From Candidatus Heimdallarchaeota archaeon (GTDB lineage Archaea > Asgardarchaeota > Heimdallarchaeia > Hodarchaeales > Hodarchaeaceae): a stretch of 64,000 nucleotides of DNA. The DNA is taken from the NCBI GenBank assembly GCA_011364965.1, contig RDOB01000007.1, forward strand, positions 1 through 64,000. Direction: 5' to 3'. The notes beneath the pieces were generated by a model. That model was given only the letters and a program-made list of their open reading frames with translations, was not told the DNA's origin and made no database searches. Within the stretch, counting starts at the first letter, position 1; each line of letters opens with the position of its first letter. Positions 1 to 10,614 of the stretch are shown here, in pieces. The translations under genes were made by a program, and so were the position numbers.

Positions 1-363
1 CTCGCCAATGAATGTGATAAAATTTTTGCCTATATAGTACCTCCCACCTGTAAACTCGCAGGAAAAGCATTAACATCTCTTTACCGTAATCGATTTATGA
101 TTGAAACCTATTACAGACAGATGCATCGATTTCAAATGTTTACTTGTTCTCAACACCCAGCAGTTCGATATATTATAGTTCTCATTGCATTTTGGCTGTG
201 TAATTTCTGGGCCTATTTTAAATCACCTCTTAATTCCTTGAAATCATCTAGTCGTAGATGTCGGGTAGATTTTGTTTATACAGCGAACGATTTTTGTGAA
301 TTCCTTCTCACTTCGTGGCATTGGGCGATTTTTCAAGGATGTAATGCGTTTTCGAGGAGGTGA
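1..363 (+). CDS. ISH3/IS4-type DDE transposase, C-terminal part (runs off the window start)
   Basis: Frame is open from base 1 (LANECDKIFAY...YRNRFMIETYYRQ); Y-x2-R-x3-E motif typical of IS4-superfamily/ISH3 transposases. Confidence 0.75.
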   Translation, partial: LANECDKIFAYIVPPTCKLAGKALTSLYRNRFMIETYYRQMHRFQMFTCSQHPAVRYIIVLIAFWLCNFWAYFKSPLNSLKSSSRRCRVDFVYTANDFCEFLLTSWHWAIFQGCNAFSRR

Positions 364-375
364 TACGAAGAACTG
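1..375 (+). mobile_element. Right end of an ISH3-like insertion sequence
   Basis: Transposase stop is followed by ...GATACGAAGAACTG; its reverse complement starts CAGT, as ISH3 terminal repeats do. Confidence 0.55.
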
Positions 376-461
376 CCGTGTTTGACGACTTCTAAAACGA
401 GAATGAAATTTATCTGTCCCTTCAAATTTTCTTTCTACTGAGATGAAAAAGTAATTTAGAA

Positions 462-1148
462 ATGGTGAAGCAACCAATGGCATTACAGAGTGATATATTT
501 CCTCCAATTATTGTTTCTGAATATGCTATACAATTAATGCAAAAAGCTTTTAGATTAAAGCTTGGATTTCGTCCTGGTTTATCGAAAAATGAGCTTGAAT
601 CCCTCTTTCGCGAAATGCAATCCTCAGTAAAGGCCCTGAAATATTCTTATTTACCTATTGAAGAAATAGCATATCTTCCTGAAGTAAAAAACCTTAAAGA
701 AGGTGCATTGAAGCTAAAAGAAGCTATAAAGCCTGCTAAGGAAACTAAATCATCAAACCAGTACACATTCTCTGTAATTAGATGGGGAATAGGTATAATG
801 CAAGGAATGCAACGTAGAATAATGAATATGACTGTAGATATCGGATCAGGAATAGATGTAATTATTGTTCATGTAAGGAATGTGCAAATTCAGGAAAGAT
901 TGGTTCATACAAGAGCTTATGATTCTCAAAGAGATTATACAATCATGACCAACCTATTCACAATCAAGCCCAATATTAATCTTGTAGCAGCACTCCTTCC
1001 TCCTGCAGAGATAGGTGGATATATATCTGAAGCTATGTATTTAGGGCTAGAAGAACGGACTGAAGCAGCTGGAACTATACTACTACCACATCAGATTAAT
1101 TATAAAGAAGTTAATGCTGTCCTTCATCAGATTATAAGTCGAAGATGA
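462..1148 (+). CDS. Archaeal RNA-binding protein with C-terminal EMAP/Trbp OB fold (COG2517-like)
   Basis: Helical N-terminus; C-terminal IMTNL...VAALLPPAEIGGYISEAMYLG tRNA-binding OB motif. Confidence 0.7.
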   Translation: MVKQPMALQSDIFPPIIVSEYAIQLMQKAFRLKLGFRPGLSKNELESLFREMQSSVKALKYSYLPIEEIAYLPEVKNLKEGALKLKEAIKPAKETKSSNQYTFSVIRWGIGIMQGMQRRIMNMTVDIGSGIDVIIVHVRNVQIQERLVHTRAYDSQRDYTIMTNLFTIKPNINLVAALLPPAEIGGYISEAMYLGLEERTEAAGTILLPHQINYKEVNAVLHQIISRR

Positions 1149-1166
1149 ATTTTTGTGAAAATTAAA

Positions 1167-1832
1167 TTATTTAAAAAGCTCAATCAATTCTTTTAGGTCA
1201 TTTGTTTCGCAAACATAATCAACAGCTCTCGCTACTCGATCATTTGAGGGATTTATAGCGATGGAAAATCCTGCTTCCTCAAACATCTCTATATCTGCTG
1301 TTGCATCTCCAATTGCTATAGACTTATTTGATGAAATATCAAATTTTTGCAGAACCTCTTTAAAAATAAGACCTTTTTTTCTCCAATTTACGTTAATCTT
1401 AACTTCACCTGTTAATATTCCACCATTTCGAATAATTTCATTACCTATCCAATAATCAAATTCATATTCTTTTCCAATTTTATCTACAATCTCTATTAGA
1501 CCCATAGAGATGATCGCAAGTTTACAACCCTTGGTTTTTAGAAATTTCATCAATTCATGAAAGCCTTCTCTTAATTTAATAGAGTCGATAGCCTTCAAAT
1601 ATTCGTGTTCCGATTTTCCAATCCAAACTTCTGCATCTGCCTTATCAAATTCCTCATAAGTGAGTTTTCCTAATAAGAATTGTTCTAAAATTTGTTTTCC
1701 GTGGGTTTCCCATGTCCCAAAGTACTTATGAACATCTTCCCAAGAAGATCTGCTAGGTGTAAGCGTACCATCAAAATCAAACGCGATCAATGTTTCGTTT
1801 GAAAGCTGTGGAATTTTGGAGGGTTTTTTCAT
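1167..1832 (-). CDS. HAD-IB phosphatase (SerB-like)
   Basis: FDFDGTL, IISMG and GDATADIEM motifs. Confidence 0.85.
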   Translation of the reverse strand: MKKPSKIPQLSNETLIAFDFDGTLTPSRSSWEDVHKYFGTWETHGKQILEQFLLGKLTYEEFDKADAEVWIGKSEHEYLKAIDSIKLREGFHELMKFLKTKGCKLAIISMGLIEIVDKIGKEYEFDYWIGNEIIRNGGILTGEVKINVNWRKKGLIFKEVLQKFDISSNKSIAIGDATADIEMFEEAGFSIAINPSNDRVARAVDYVCETNDLKELIELFK

Positions 1833-1983
1833 GAAAAGGGCACAAAATTTCTCACTAAAAATGCTTTTCTCTCGGAAAAGCTTATTTAAGATTATATCCT
1901 AAATTGCTGAAAGAAGGTAAACAATTAAGAGCTTGAAAAATTATTGTATTAAGATTATTAGAAATCATCATAGGTGAGAAATT

Positions 1984-3012
1984 TTGCGAGTAATTGTGAG
2001 TGGGATCAGTGGCTCGGGAAGATCAGATGCTGTAAAAGATCTAGAGAAATATATTGAGAAAAATTACCCGAAAAAGAAATTAGTTGTTATGAATACTAAT
2101 CGAATGATGTTTGCTGCTGCTAAAGAAATGGGGATGGATGTAAAGCGCGAAAAAATGCTTGATCTCTCTCCTCCAACGTTACAAGCGTTAAGATCAACTG
2201 TTTTTGAAGGGATAATTCGAGAAGTTGAAGAATTAGAAAAATCCAAGCAAGATATCGCTATTATTATAAATACTCACGCAACTTTTAGATGGAGGGAGCA
2301 CCTCGTACAAGGATGGGATTTCTTTCATTTAACAAAATTGAAGCCTGATATTTTCATAACTGTAATTAATGTTATAAATGATATCTTTGAAACATTAGAA
2401 GCAAACCCGTTATGGGGAGGTATGAATAACCGCCTTCAATTAGGTATCTGGCAAGAAGAGGAAGCTTTTACAACAAAATTAATGGCAGAGATTCTGAAAA
2501 AACCTTTCTATATTGTTGCTCGTCGTCAACCTCCTGAGACGCTTTATCGCCTTATTTTTGAACACGAGGTAAGTGAGAAAGTCTATCTTTCATATCCCAT
2601 GACCCATATTAAGGATGATTCAAAAAAAAAAGAAATTGAGAATCTCGCAATCGAACTCCGGAACCTAGGGTTTGTTGTATTTGATCCTGGTACCATGGAG
2701 CTTGAAAAAGTGCATGTTGAGATTCCAGATGATATTCGTAAGTTCGATTTTTATCAAACGGTATACCGAGATTTTCAACTAATAGATCAAGGTACAATGG
2801 TGGTAGTATTCTATCCTGAAATAGTTCATTCATCTGGAGTAGTAAATGAGCAAGCATATGGCTTCAGAAACAACAAGTATGTATTTGCAGTATTTCCTGC
2901 GAAGAATTATAGTCCCTTTACGTCATTTTTCGCTGATAAAACATTCTACTCTGTTGATGAACTCATATCTTTTCTAAAAAATGAATTTATTCTATCTAAA
3001 AAGAATAAGTAA
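1984..3012 (+). CDS. Archaeal adenylate-kinase-like domain fused to a nucleoside 2-deoxyribosyltransferase/DNPH1-like domain
   Basis: N-terminal SGISGSGRS P-loop and INTHA motif; C-terminal VYLSYPM...VFDP...RDFQLI...SSGVVNE.AYG. Confidence 0.65.
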   Translation: MRVIVSGISGSGRSDAVKDLEKYIEKNYPKKKLVVMNTNRMMFAAAKEMGMDVKREKMLDLSPPTLQALRSTVFEGIIREVEELEKSKQDIAIIINTHATFRWREHLVQGWDFFHLTKLKPDIFITVINVINDIFETLEANPLWGGMNNRLQLGIWQEEEAFTTKLMAEILKKPFYIVARRQPPETLYRLIFEHEVSEKVYLSYPMTHIKDDSKKKEIENLAIELRNLGFVVFDPGTMELEKVHVEIPDDIRKFDFYQTVYRDFQLIDQGTMVVVFYPEIVHSSGVVNEQAYGFRNNKYVFAVFPAKNYSPFTSFFADKTFYSVDELISFLKNEFILSKKNK

Positions 3013-3046
3013 TGAATCTAAAAGGAAAAAATGAGAGAGGGATTAT

Positions 3047-4240
3047 TTAACCTCTCTTACGGAAGAAGATGATAGATACTCCAATAAAAGATAATAAGCT
3101 AAGCGGTAATTCGAAACTAGGTGAAGTTTGTCCTGTTGTTGTGGTTGTAGTCGTTGTCGATGTGAAAGGTTTCACTGGCAATGAAGGGTACCATAAAGTA
3201 TCATCTGAAGTCGTTGTCCATCCATTAGGAGGAGTAGTAGTTTCTAATTCTAATGATGCAAGAGTAGTGGAATTAATTTTATTTATTAAATCTGAGTCCA
3301 ACATAGCAGTATACCAAAGGTTTGCTGTTGTAACAGCTGCTAGATCTATCCTGCCGCTCCACATATCACCTATAACACTCCACATATTATCCGACCATGA
3401 TGAATTTAATTCAAACATATCGTCTGCATCTAGTATATCTGATACATTGGCTAAACCTGTTTCTATTGACGCTACTGTCTGATTAAATGGAGCTTCGATA
3501 TATGTTGCTGATTTATGAGAAAAAATTACCTCATCTAGATGTCCATATGTAGGATTTTCAGTCATAGTATTTTCTGTATATCCATGAATTCCAGAATGGC
3601 CTGAAAGCTGACCATCATAATCAGCTGTCCCGTGGAAGGGCATAGTTGCATCTGCTGCATAATGAGATACATAACACATTGTGATCATAACCAGTGTCCA
3701 TTTTGTATTATTTGTTGGATCAGAACCTAGATCTATCATATATTGAGTCAGATCACGTGTGTAGTTAAGTACTGCCCATTCAATCACTCCTTTCCGATAT
3801 TTATCAGAGCTATAGGAGACATTTATCGCTACAAAATCAATATCTTCATTTGTAAATACGCCATCTATTAAATGGGCGTTTGCGGGATCATGTTCATCAT
3901 ATACATCGCCACTAGATGTTTTCAAGTTGTGATCATCAAAATGCCTGGGCTCTTCCTTCATAAATAATACATTACTTCTATCTTCAACTACTGATCTATA
4001 ACCATCGGGGTCATTTCCATGAACATCAAAAAAAGTCGAATAATTTCTAAAGAAATCATTCCATGGTAATGGCAATGATTCGATTGCTTCAGTCGCAATT
4101 TTGCCATGAGTCTGAGTAGACCAAGCACGAACCCTCGAGATCGGTGATTGGACAGTTAAGGAAAAACCTATGGCAAATAGTACCAAGATGATAATTGAAT
4201 TTTTGGTTAGAGTTTTTTTCCTTGCATACAAGTTATTCAA
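3047..4240 (-). CDS. Surface-anchored S1/P1 nuclease or Zn-dependent phospholipase C family protein
   Basis: Signal peptide, mature N-terminus W-x4-H, PD, HFDD, SHYAADATMPFH, H-x3-E; Thr-rich linker, PSF, TM helix, RKRG tail. Confidence 0.85.
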   Translation of the reverse strand: MNNLYARKKTLTKNSIIILVLFAIGFSLTVQSPISRVRAWSTQTHGKIATEAIESLPLPWNDFFRNYSTFFDVHGNDPDGYRSVVEDRSNVLFMKEEPRHFDDHNLKTSSGDVYDEHDPANAHLIDGVFTNEDIDFVAINVSYSSDKYRKGVIEWAVLNYTRDLTQYMIDLGSDPTNNTKWTLVMITMCYVSHYAADATMPFHGTADYDGQLSGHSGIHGYTENTMTENPTYGHLDEVIFSHKSATYIEAPFNQTVASIETGLANVSDILDADDMFELNSSWSDNMWSVIGDMWSGRIDLAAVTTANLWYTAMLDSDLINKINSTTLASLELETTTPPNGWTTTSDDTLWYPSLPVKPFTSTTTTTTTTGQTSPSFELPLSLLSFIGVSIIFFRKRG

Positions 4241-4417
4241 ATCCTCTTCTATTTCTAAGTTCTTTTCTAATAATAGAATAAAACAAATCGAAGTCTGTAT
4301 CCGTAGTTGAATCTTTTTTCTATATAAATCATATTATCGATGAAACAATTGTTATTTAGGCTAAAATTTTCCTCTTAATAGATAAAAAAAAGGAGTAGAG
4401 GATTTGTACTACTCTTT

Positions 4418-6802
4418 TTATATACCTGTGAGAGCTTCTGACTGACTTTTCAGACCTACACTCGTAATGAGAATTGAAATGCTCTGAACGGTCATTAAAA
4501 TTAAACCTAATACTGCAGCTAGAGGTGCACCTTGCCCTATTAAACCTGAGTTATAAATATCGTAGATGGTCCATGTAGAAGTTGCAAAACGTCCAGGATC
4601 GGGAACAAAATCAACTAAAAGGATTGTGGTACTTACTTCGCTCATACAATAGACCAAAGAGATCAAAGACCCTGCAAACAGGCTTAATGCGACAATGGGA
4701 AGAGTTATCTTAGTTATTGTTTTTATACGACTTGCACCGAGATTTAAAGCGGCCTCTTCGAGGGCTATGTCTGTTTGACTCATCCCTGCATAAGCTGCCC
4801 GAACTGTGAAGGGGAACTTTCGTACAGTATATGCTAGTATTAGTAAAAGAACTGGAGAAATAGCAGGATTCATTGATAACTCAATCTTAGTGAATGAATA
4901 AAAGATTAAATTAAGTAACCACATTGGAAATGCCAAAATTTGAAGTAAATTTAAAATTGCATCAAGTATAGGGATGGTTCCCCCAAGTAAAATCGCTGGA
5001 TTTGCAATTACGCTTCCTAAATAATCTTGAAATGCATTGAAAGTCGTAGGTTCCATTAAATTCAATGGAAAAGGCAATGTTTCAGTGTAGAAAATATAGA
5101 GGTATCCAAAACCAATGACAATACCTGGAATAGCAAGAGGTAGTGTTACAATGGTATCTAACAATCCTTTTCCTGGAAAATCCTTCCGTGCTAATATATA
5201 TGCAATTATGGTTGCAATGATTATGATCAGGAACGTAGCAACCACAGAATACCAGAACATATTTATAATACTTGTGATGATTTTCTCTCTAATTGCTTCA
5301 CCTAGGTCACCACTAATACCTAAAATTGAGAGGAATGGATCTAAAGTAAATTCTCCTGTACCAGGTTTCGTAACAGCAAATAGGAAAGTTCCCACATGAG
5401 GTATTAGGGCAATAGGCATAAAGATTATGAAAAAAATATAGATAATTACTCTTTTAACAAGTGAAGCATCCTGTGCTCTTGGTTCCCCTACTCTTCCCTT
5501 GCTGATCATTGCATATCGTCTTAGAGAAACAAATTGTCGGATTATTAGAAATCCAATCATCGCAATTATTACCATAATAGCAGCTAAGGCTGCAGCTATA
5601 GGATTAATTATAAAATAACCTTGAAGAGAAGGAATTTGAAGGTTATTTAAGACATAAGTAGTCATATATTCAAAATCTAAGGCCTGTTGCAATCCTCTGA
5701 AAATTAAAGGCGTACCCAGATCCTCGAGAGAGAGTATAAACGTCAGAATTGCACCTGCTGCAATACCTGGAATCGCAAGAGGCATAGTAATTTTTCTAAG
5801 TAAAGTGAAATTATTTGCCCCCATATTTTCTGCTTGTTCTTCAAGAGAAGGATCAATATTGACCAATGATGAATAAGAGTTAAGATAGACGAGTGTATAA
5901 AAGTGCAAGGTCTGAACAATCATGATTCCTATATTTCCTCCAAATACCATCTTGATATTGAACATTGGAAATAGAAAATTATCGTTGATTATTCCATTGA
6001 TTCCAAGAAATTTATCAAACCCAATAGTTCCAACAAATGGAGGTATTATTAGTGGCAGTAGCATTATTGATCGTAAAAAGGTTTTTCCAGCAAATTTATA
6101 ACGTGCCATTACAAGAGCCAATCCAGCTCCAATTAATAAGGATAATATAGTAGTACCAGTTGCTACAAAGAGTGAATTTCCTATTGCCCCGAAATCAGGA
6201 CCCTGAATGATCCATTTTGTCCCAATTATTCCTGGAAAATTAGGATTTTGTTCAGATAGGGGCTCAGCAAGAAAAGCTTCGGAAAAACCTACATTAGAGG
6301 TTCCAAATGCTCTACCTCCCCATAGCTCTTCTCGTTGAAAAATTGTAAGGTATGCTTCTCCGAAAAAGGCTAGGAACATAATTATGAAACCGAAAATCCA
6401 TAAAGTTCCTATTAACCACTTAATCTTTTTTTCTGTAACAATCTTATAAATTGGTGATATGGTTTCTTGAGTTCTGCCTGTTCCAAGCAGTTCTAACTGT
6501 TCAGTTTTGTATCTCTGGACAATAATCCGATAAAAAACCGTTGGTATAATAATATAAAGGATTGTAATTAGTGATAATACTAAATTTAAAACATCTGTTC
6601 GAATTATCGTTCCCAAAACTGTATCTGATTCAATGCTATTGGCTAACGACGCATAAAGAATTAGAACAACTGGTAGAATCAGAAAAATTCCAAAGAATAA
6701 ATACGAAAATACCACAAAGCCTGCTGTAAGTTTATCAGCACGTGCAAATCGTTCTTTAAATGTTTCTTTTTTCACACTAACAGTTTCAGTAGCAGTAACC
6801 AT
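4418..6802 (-). CDS. ABC transporter permease, FbpB/AfuB type (two fused TM domains)
   Basis: Two EAA loops (SLEEQAENMGA; ALEEAALNLGAS); many TM helices. Confidence 0.9.
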   Translation of the reverse strand: MVTATETVSVKKETFKERFARADKLTAGFVVFSYLFFGIFLILPVVLILYASLANSIESDTVLGTIIRTDVLNLVLSLITILYIIIPTVFYRIIVQRYKTEQLELLGTGRTQETISPIYKIVTEKKIKWLIGTLWIFGFIIMFLAFFGEAYLTIFQREELWGGRAFGTSNVGFSEAFLAEPLSEQNPNFPGIIGTKWIIQGPDFGAIGNSLFVATGTTILSLLIGAGLALVMARYKFAGKTFLRSIMLLPLIIPPFVGTIGFDKFLGINGIINDNFLFPMFNIKMVFGGNIGIMIVQTLHFYTLVYLNSYSSLVNIDPSLEEQAENMGANNFTLLRKITMPLAIPGIAAGAILTFILSLEDLGTPLIFRGLQQALDFEYMTTYVLNNLQIPSLQGYFIINPIAAALAAIMVIIAMIGFLIIRQFVSLRRYAMISKGRVGEPRAQDASLVKRVIIYIFFIIFMPIALIPHVGTFLFAVTKPGTGEFTLDPFLSILGISGDLGEAIREKIITSIINMFWYSVVATFLIIIIATIIAYILARKDFPGKGLLDTIVTLPLAIPGIVIGFGYLYIFYTETLPFPLNLMEPTTFNAFQDYLGSVIANPAILLGGTIPILDAILNLLQILAFPMWLLNLIFYSFTKIELSMNPAISPVLLLILAYTVRKFPFTVRAAYAGMSQTDIALEEAALNLGASRIKTITKITLPIVALSLFAGSLISLVYCMSEVSTTILLVDFVPDPGRFATSTWTIYDIYNSGLIGQGAPLAAVLGLILMTVQSISILITSVGLKSQSEALTGI

Positions 6803-6918
6803 AGAATAACCTCATAGAATTAATATGCTAAAAAAAGTGAAATGAGCTTAAAATTTTTTTCTGAGTGAGAGAGATAAAAAAGAAAAAAGAGAAGGAAGAG
6901 GAAGTTTACTTTTATTAG

Positions 6919-9024
6919 CTATTTTTTCTTTCTCTTGTTAAAAATAACCAAGAGCATGAAAATAGGTATAACCGGAAGTAGGAAGAAACCTGGGGAGGGT
7001 TTAAATGGGGCACTAGTTGTTAATGGTTCATTATAAATCTCAATAGATGCATCAACGATAATCGAATTTCCTTCTTCATAAATGATGATAGCTAAAACAG
7101 AATGTTCACCATTAGGTAATTCAGTGGTGTTCACTGGAACAGAAAAGCTGTTTAAACTTGAAGCTTGAGTCGCAGTCCAAATTATTTTCCCTGTACTAGC
7201 AGATATAATGAACAGTTGAACCTCTGAAGGAGTAAATCCAGTTCCACTCGGGATAGTTCCTGTAATTGCCGTCACATTACCAACTACTCCAGTGGGAGGT
7301 GTGATCGTATAAGTTGGAGGAATAATTTCTGAATTTACATGGAAGTTTACCCAATCAATGTATGTTGTACCCATATGCTCTGTTGCAATTGTTAAAACGC
7401 TATGTGGCCCATCTGCTAATCCTGTTAATTCCACCAAGCATTCAAATGGAGCTTCCTCATCAGTAAGACTTTCTTCTCCATCTAAAATGAATTTAATGTC
7501 TTTTGTCCCATAAAGATAAGTATAATTTGCATAATCTTGTGGGATAATTGAAACATTTATATCAGTAGTGAGAACCTGACCGCTGGTTACGCCTGAAATG
7601 TCCGCAGAATAAGGATTGAAATATTCTCCGTTATCATTGTTATCATTTGATTCAGCAATCGCTTTCTCGGACGCAGATTTGTACCGAGCCTTTGCTGCTG
7701 CTTTCCAAGATGCAATATATGGTTCTATTGACGCGGGACTAGCTAGGTATTCAGCTTGAACAGTTTTACATTCCTCTGCGGTTATCGAAGGTTGTCCCAT
7801 CGTTCGTACAACCGATCGAAATTCAGCTGTAGAAAGGTTACCTCCACCATTAAGGTATAAATCTACTATTTGAGCCCATGTTTCTACAAGTTCATTGTGG
7901 GCATCAGTGATTGTTGCTCGGAAATAGTATGTAAACGCGTCATAGTTATTGACAGCTTCATCTTCATCGAATGGAATGCCAATATTATTAATAGCATTGT
8001 TATAAGCATTTTCCAAATCTGGACGTGCATTTCCTTGTTCACTTGAATAATCAAAAGCATCAGCTCGGATTGGAAGGCGATTAAATCGCCGATCTAGCCA
8101 GATAGCCTGCGCTTCCTTAGATAGGACAAATTTAATGAATTCTTGCGTAACTTCGGGATCATCACATGATGAAGCCATAGCAATCGGATCTCCATTAATA
8201 ATCGATTGCCCTGTAGGAATCACATATTCACACTCAGGGTTCTCATTCATTGCCTGATAACCATAAAAATCTATTGTCATTGCTGCTGCTTGAGGCCCTG
8301 TTATTACTGAATCACGTGTTGGACCTGATTCCCCAGTCATTTTGGAATTTCCTCCTATCATTGTCATGAGCTGCCAGCCCATTTCCCATCCAAAAGCTTG
8401 TGTAATAATCTGATAACATCTAGTATTACTCGTGGTTAAGGGAGCATCACCCATTGCTTCTGCAAATTGCGTTCTTCCGAGGAACCACTCTGGATCAGCG
8501 AGATCTTGCCATGTTTCAGGCATCTCTAAACCATATTTTTCTAGGTTTGCATGATTTATTGTATAACCAAAAGATGACAAAGCAGCTGCAACCCAAAGAT
8601 AATCCTCGTTCTCATCTTTAAGATTCATCGAAACACCTGCAACTTCAGCAGGGATTTCATTATCGATCATGTCAATCAAATCTGGATCATCCATAGGTGC
8701 AAGTAGGCCATAATTTGCCACAATGGAGAAAACTGTCGGGCCACCGCCCCAACAGAAATCAATGGTATGTGTTGTACTCTGAATTGCTTTTGCCCAAGCG
8801 GCATTAGTAGTTAATTCTAGCCAAGTGATTTCTACATCCAATTCGGGATGAGCGGCCTTGAATTCCGATTCAAATTCTTCATATATTGTACCATCGTGCC
8901 GAGTGATCGCGGTTAAAGTAACCGTTTGCTTAGTTTCCTTCGGATAAGCCGAAATAGAGGCAAGAGGCACTAATATGGATAAGATAATAAAAAATGATAT
9001 CAAAACTTTTTTCTTAATTCTCAT
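6919..9024 (-). CDS. ABC substrate-binding protein (AfuA/FbpA-like) with C-terminal Ig-like stalk and PGF-TM anchor
   Basis: DFCWGGG, PETWQDLADP, TTSNT, IDFYG motifs; beta-rich C-terminal domains; PSPGFF-TM-KRKKK. Confidence 0.85.
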   Translation of the reverse strand: MRIKKKVLISFFIILSILVPLASISAYPKETKQTVTLTAITRHDGTIYEEFESEFKAAHPELDVEITWLELTTNAAWAKAIQSTTHTIDFCWGGGPTVFSIVANYGLLAPMDDPDLIDMIDNEIPAEVAGVSMNLKDENEDYLWVAAALSSFGYTINHANLEKYGLEMPETWQDLADPEWFLGRTQFAEAMGDAPLTTSNTRCYQIITQAFGWEMGWQLMTMIGGNSKMTGESGPTRDSVITGPQAAAMTIDFYGYQAMNENPECEYVIPTGQSIINGDPIAMASSCDDPEVTQEFIKFVLSKEAQAIWLDRRFNRLPIRADAFDYSSEQGNARPDLENAYNNAINNIGIPFDEDEAVNNYDAFTYYFRATITDAHNELVETWAQIVDLYLNGGGNLSTAEFRSVVRTMGQPSITAEECKTVQAEYLASPASIEPYIASWKAAAKARYKSASEKAIAESNDNNDNGEYFNPYSADISGVTSGQVLTTDINVSIIPQDYANYTYLYGTKDIKFILDGEESLTDEEAPFECLVELTGLADGPHSVLTIATEHMGTTYIDWVNFHVNSEIIPPTYTITPPTGVVGNVTAITGTIPSGTGFTPSEVQLFIISASTGKIIWTATQASSLNSFSVPVNTTELPNGEHSVLAIIIYEEGNSIIVDASIEIYNEPLTTSAPFKPSPGFFLLPVIPIFMLLVIFNKRKKK

Positions 9025-9318
9025 AATGAAAGACCATCCAAATGGGATCTTCAGATATTATGTCCGCATTCAGATTTTAATAGTTTTTCCATGATATTTT
9101 TAGTATTCTGCTCTAGGTTAAAATTAACTAAATAAAAATTCTCTTTTACAAGCTTCTTTTAAATTATTGCTTTAAAAAGGACGAAAAATTGTTTCAATAA
9201 TATAAATAGGTGTTTCTTTAACTAAAAACTAGAGTGACAACCTGATTGTTAAGAAAAAGAAAATAAAAGGAAAAAACGAATGAAAAACTTTTCCTAATCA
9301 AGGGTTAAGTTTCTAATT

Positions 9319-10446
9319 TCAGAGATTTTCTGGACCAAACGTATAAACAAGTTTAGGATTAATATGTATGAAAATATTATCATTCAGCTCAATTGGAATA
9401 TCTTGATCAAATCTATGAATAACTACATCAGTTTGATCAGGTAAGACCGCAACAATCCTCTCAAATGTGCCAAAATACATGACTGACCTAACCTTTGCTT
9501 GAATCTGATTTAATGTCGGGTCCTTGGATTTGGAGACAAACATTAATTCTGGACGTATAACGACAGCAACTTTATCATTAAGATGAACTCCTTTCAAATA
9601 TTCGGATTTAAAAGTATGTGCTTTTCCACTCTCTGCATCTTTCAATTCTAAATGGGCCGAATTACCATCAATTGAGGTAGCAACCATATTAATAGTATTT
9701 GCTTCACCAATAAAAGTAGCCACAAACGCGTTCTCAGGATTTTCCCATACTTCACGTGGGGTTCCAATTTGCCTCAAATGGCCTCTATCTAGCACTGCGA
9801 TAATATCTGATATTGAAAGAGCTTCAGCTTGGTCATGAGTGACATAGATTGCCGTCAAGTTCATTTCTTTAACAAGGTCACGAATTTTTTGTCGTGATTC
9901 TATCCTTAATTTAGCATCTAAGTTACTAAGGGGTTCATCAAGGAGTAGAACATCAGGATTGACCACTAAAGCTCTAGCTAGAGCGACTCTTTGTTGCTGT
10001 CCTCCGCTCAATTCGTTAGGCATCCGTTCTCCATATTCCTCCATTCTAACCGATTCAAGAGCGTTTTTTACTCGTTTTTTTCTTTCTTTCTCCTCAATTT
10101 CCCGAATTTGGAGCCCAAACTCAATATTTTTAAAAACTGACATATGAGGCCAAATTGCGTAATTTTGAAAGCACATTCCTGTGTACCGATCTTGAGGTGG
10201 TAAATGAGTCACATCGCGATCTCCAAATAACACACGGCCTTTTTCTGGAATATTGAATCCTGCAATGGTACGTAATATCGTGGATTTCCCGCAGCCTGAT
10301 GGGCCTAATAAAGTCAAAATTTGTCTTTCTTCAACTTTAAAGGAGACGTCCTGTACGGCAATTACTTCTCCATCAAAAATTTTTGTTAAATTTTCTACTC
10401 TGACTTCTACCAATGTCGCTCGCCTATCCTGAAAAGTATATATCAA
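9319..10446 (-). CDS. ABC transporter ATPase (FbpC/PotA type, TOBE domain); probable TTG start at 10413
   Basis: GPSGCGKS, LSGGQQQR, LLLDEP, YVTHDQ. Confidence 0.95.
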   Translation of the reverse strand: MIYTFQDRRATLVEVRVENLTKIFDGEVIAVQDVSFKVEERQILTLLGPSGCGKSTILRTIAGFNIPEKGRVLFGDRDVTHLPPQDRYTGMCFQNYAIWPHMSVFKNIEFGLQIREIEEKERKKRVKNALESVRMEEYGERMPNELSGGQQQRVALARALVVNPDVLLLDEPLSNLDAKLRIESRQKIRDLVKEMNLTAIYVTHDQAEALSISDIIAVLDRGHLRQIGTPREVWENPENAFVATFIGEANTINMVATSIDGNSAHLELKDAESGKAHTFKSEYLKGVHLNDKVAVVIRPELMFVSKSKDPTLNQIQAKVRSVMYFGTFERIVAVLPDQTDVVIHRFDQDIPIELNDNIFIHINPKLVYTFGPENL

Positions 10447-10614
10447 TTACATTGAGCAGTGTTATTATAACATATTAAATATTATTCTGATAAATATTTT
10501 TTGAATAATTCTCGAATATTCTTCTTCAGTTAAGGAATTTAAGATTTTTTCGAAAAAGACTGCATTTCTTAACAAACCTAAGATTTTAAAAAATAAAAAA
10601 AAAGAAAAAGCGTT

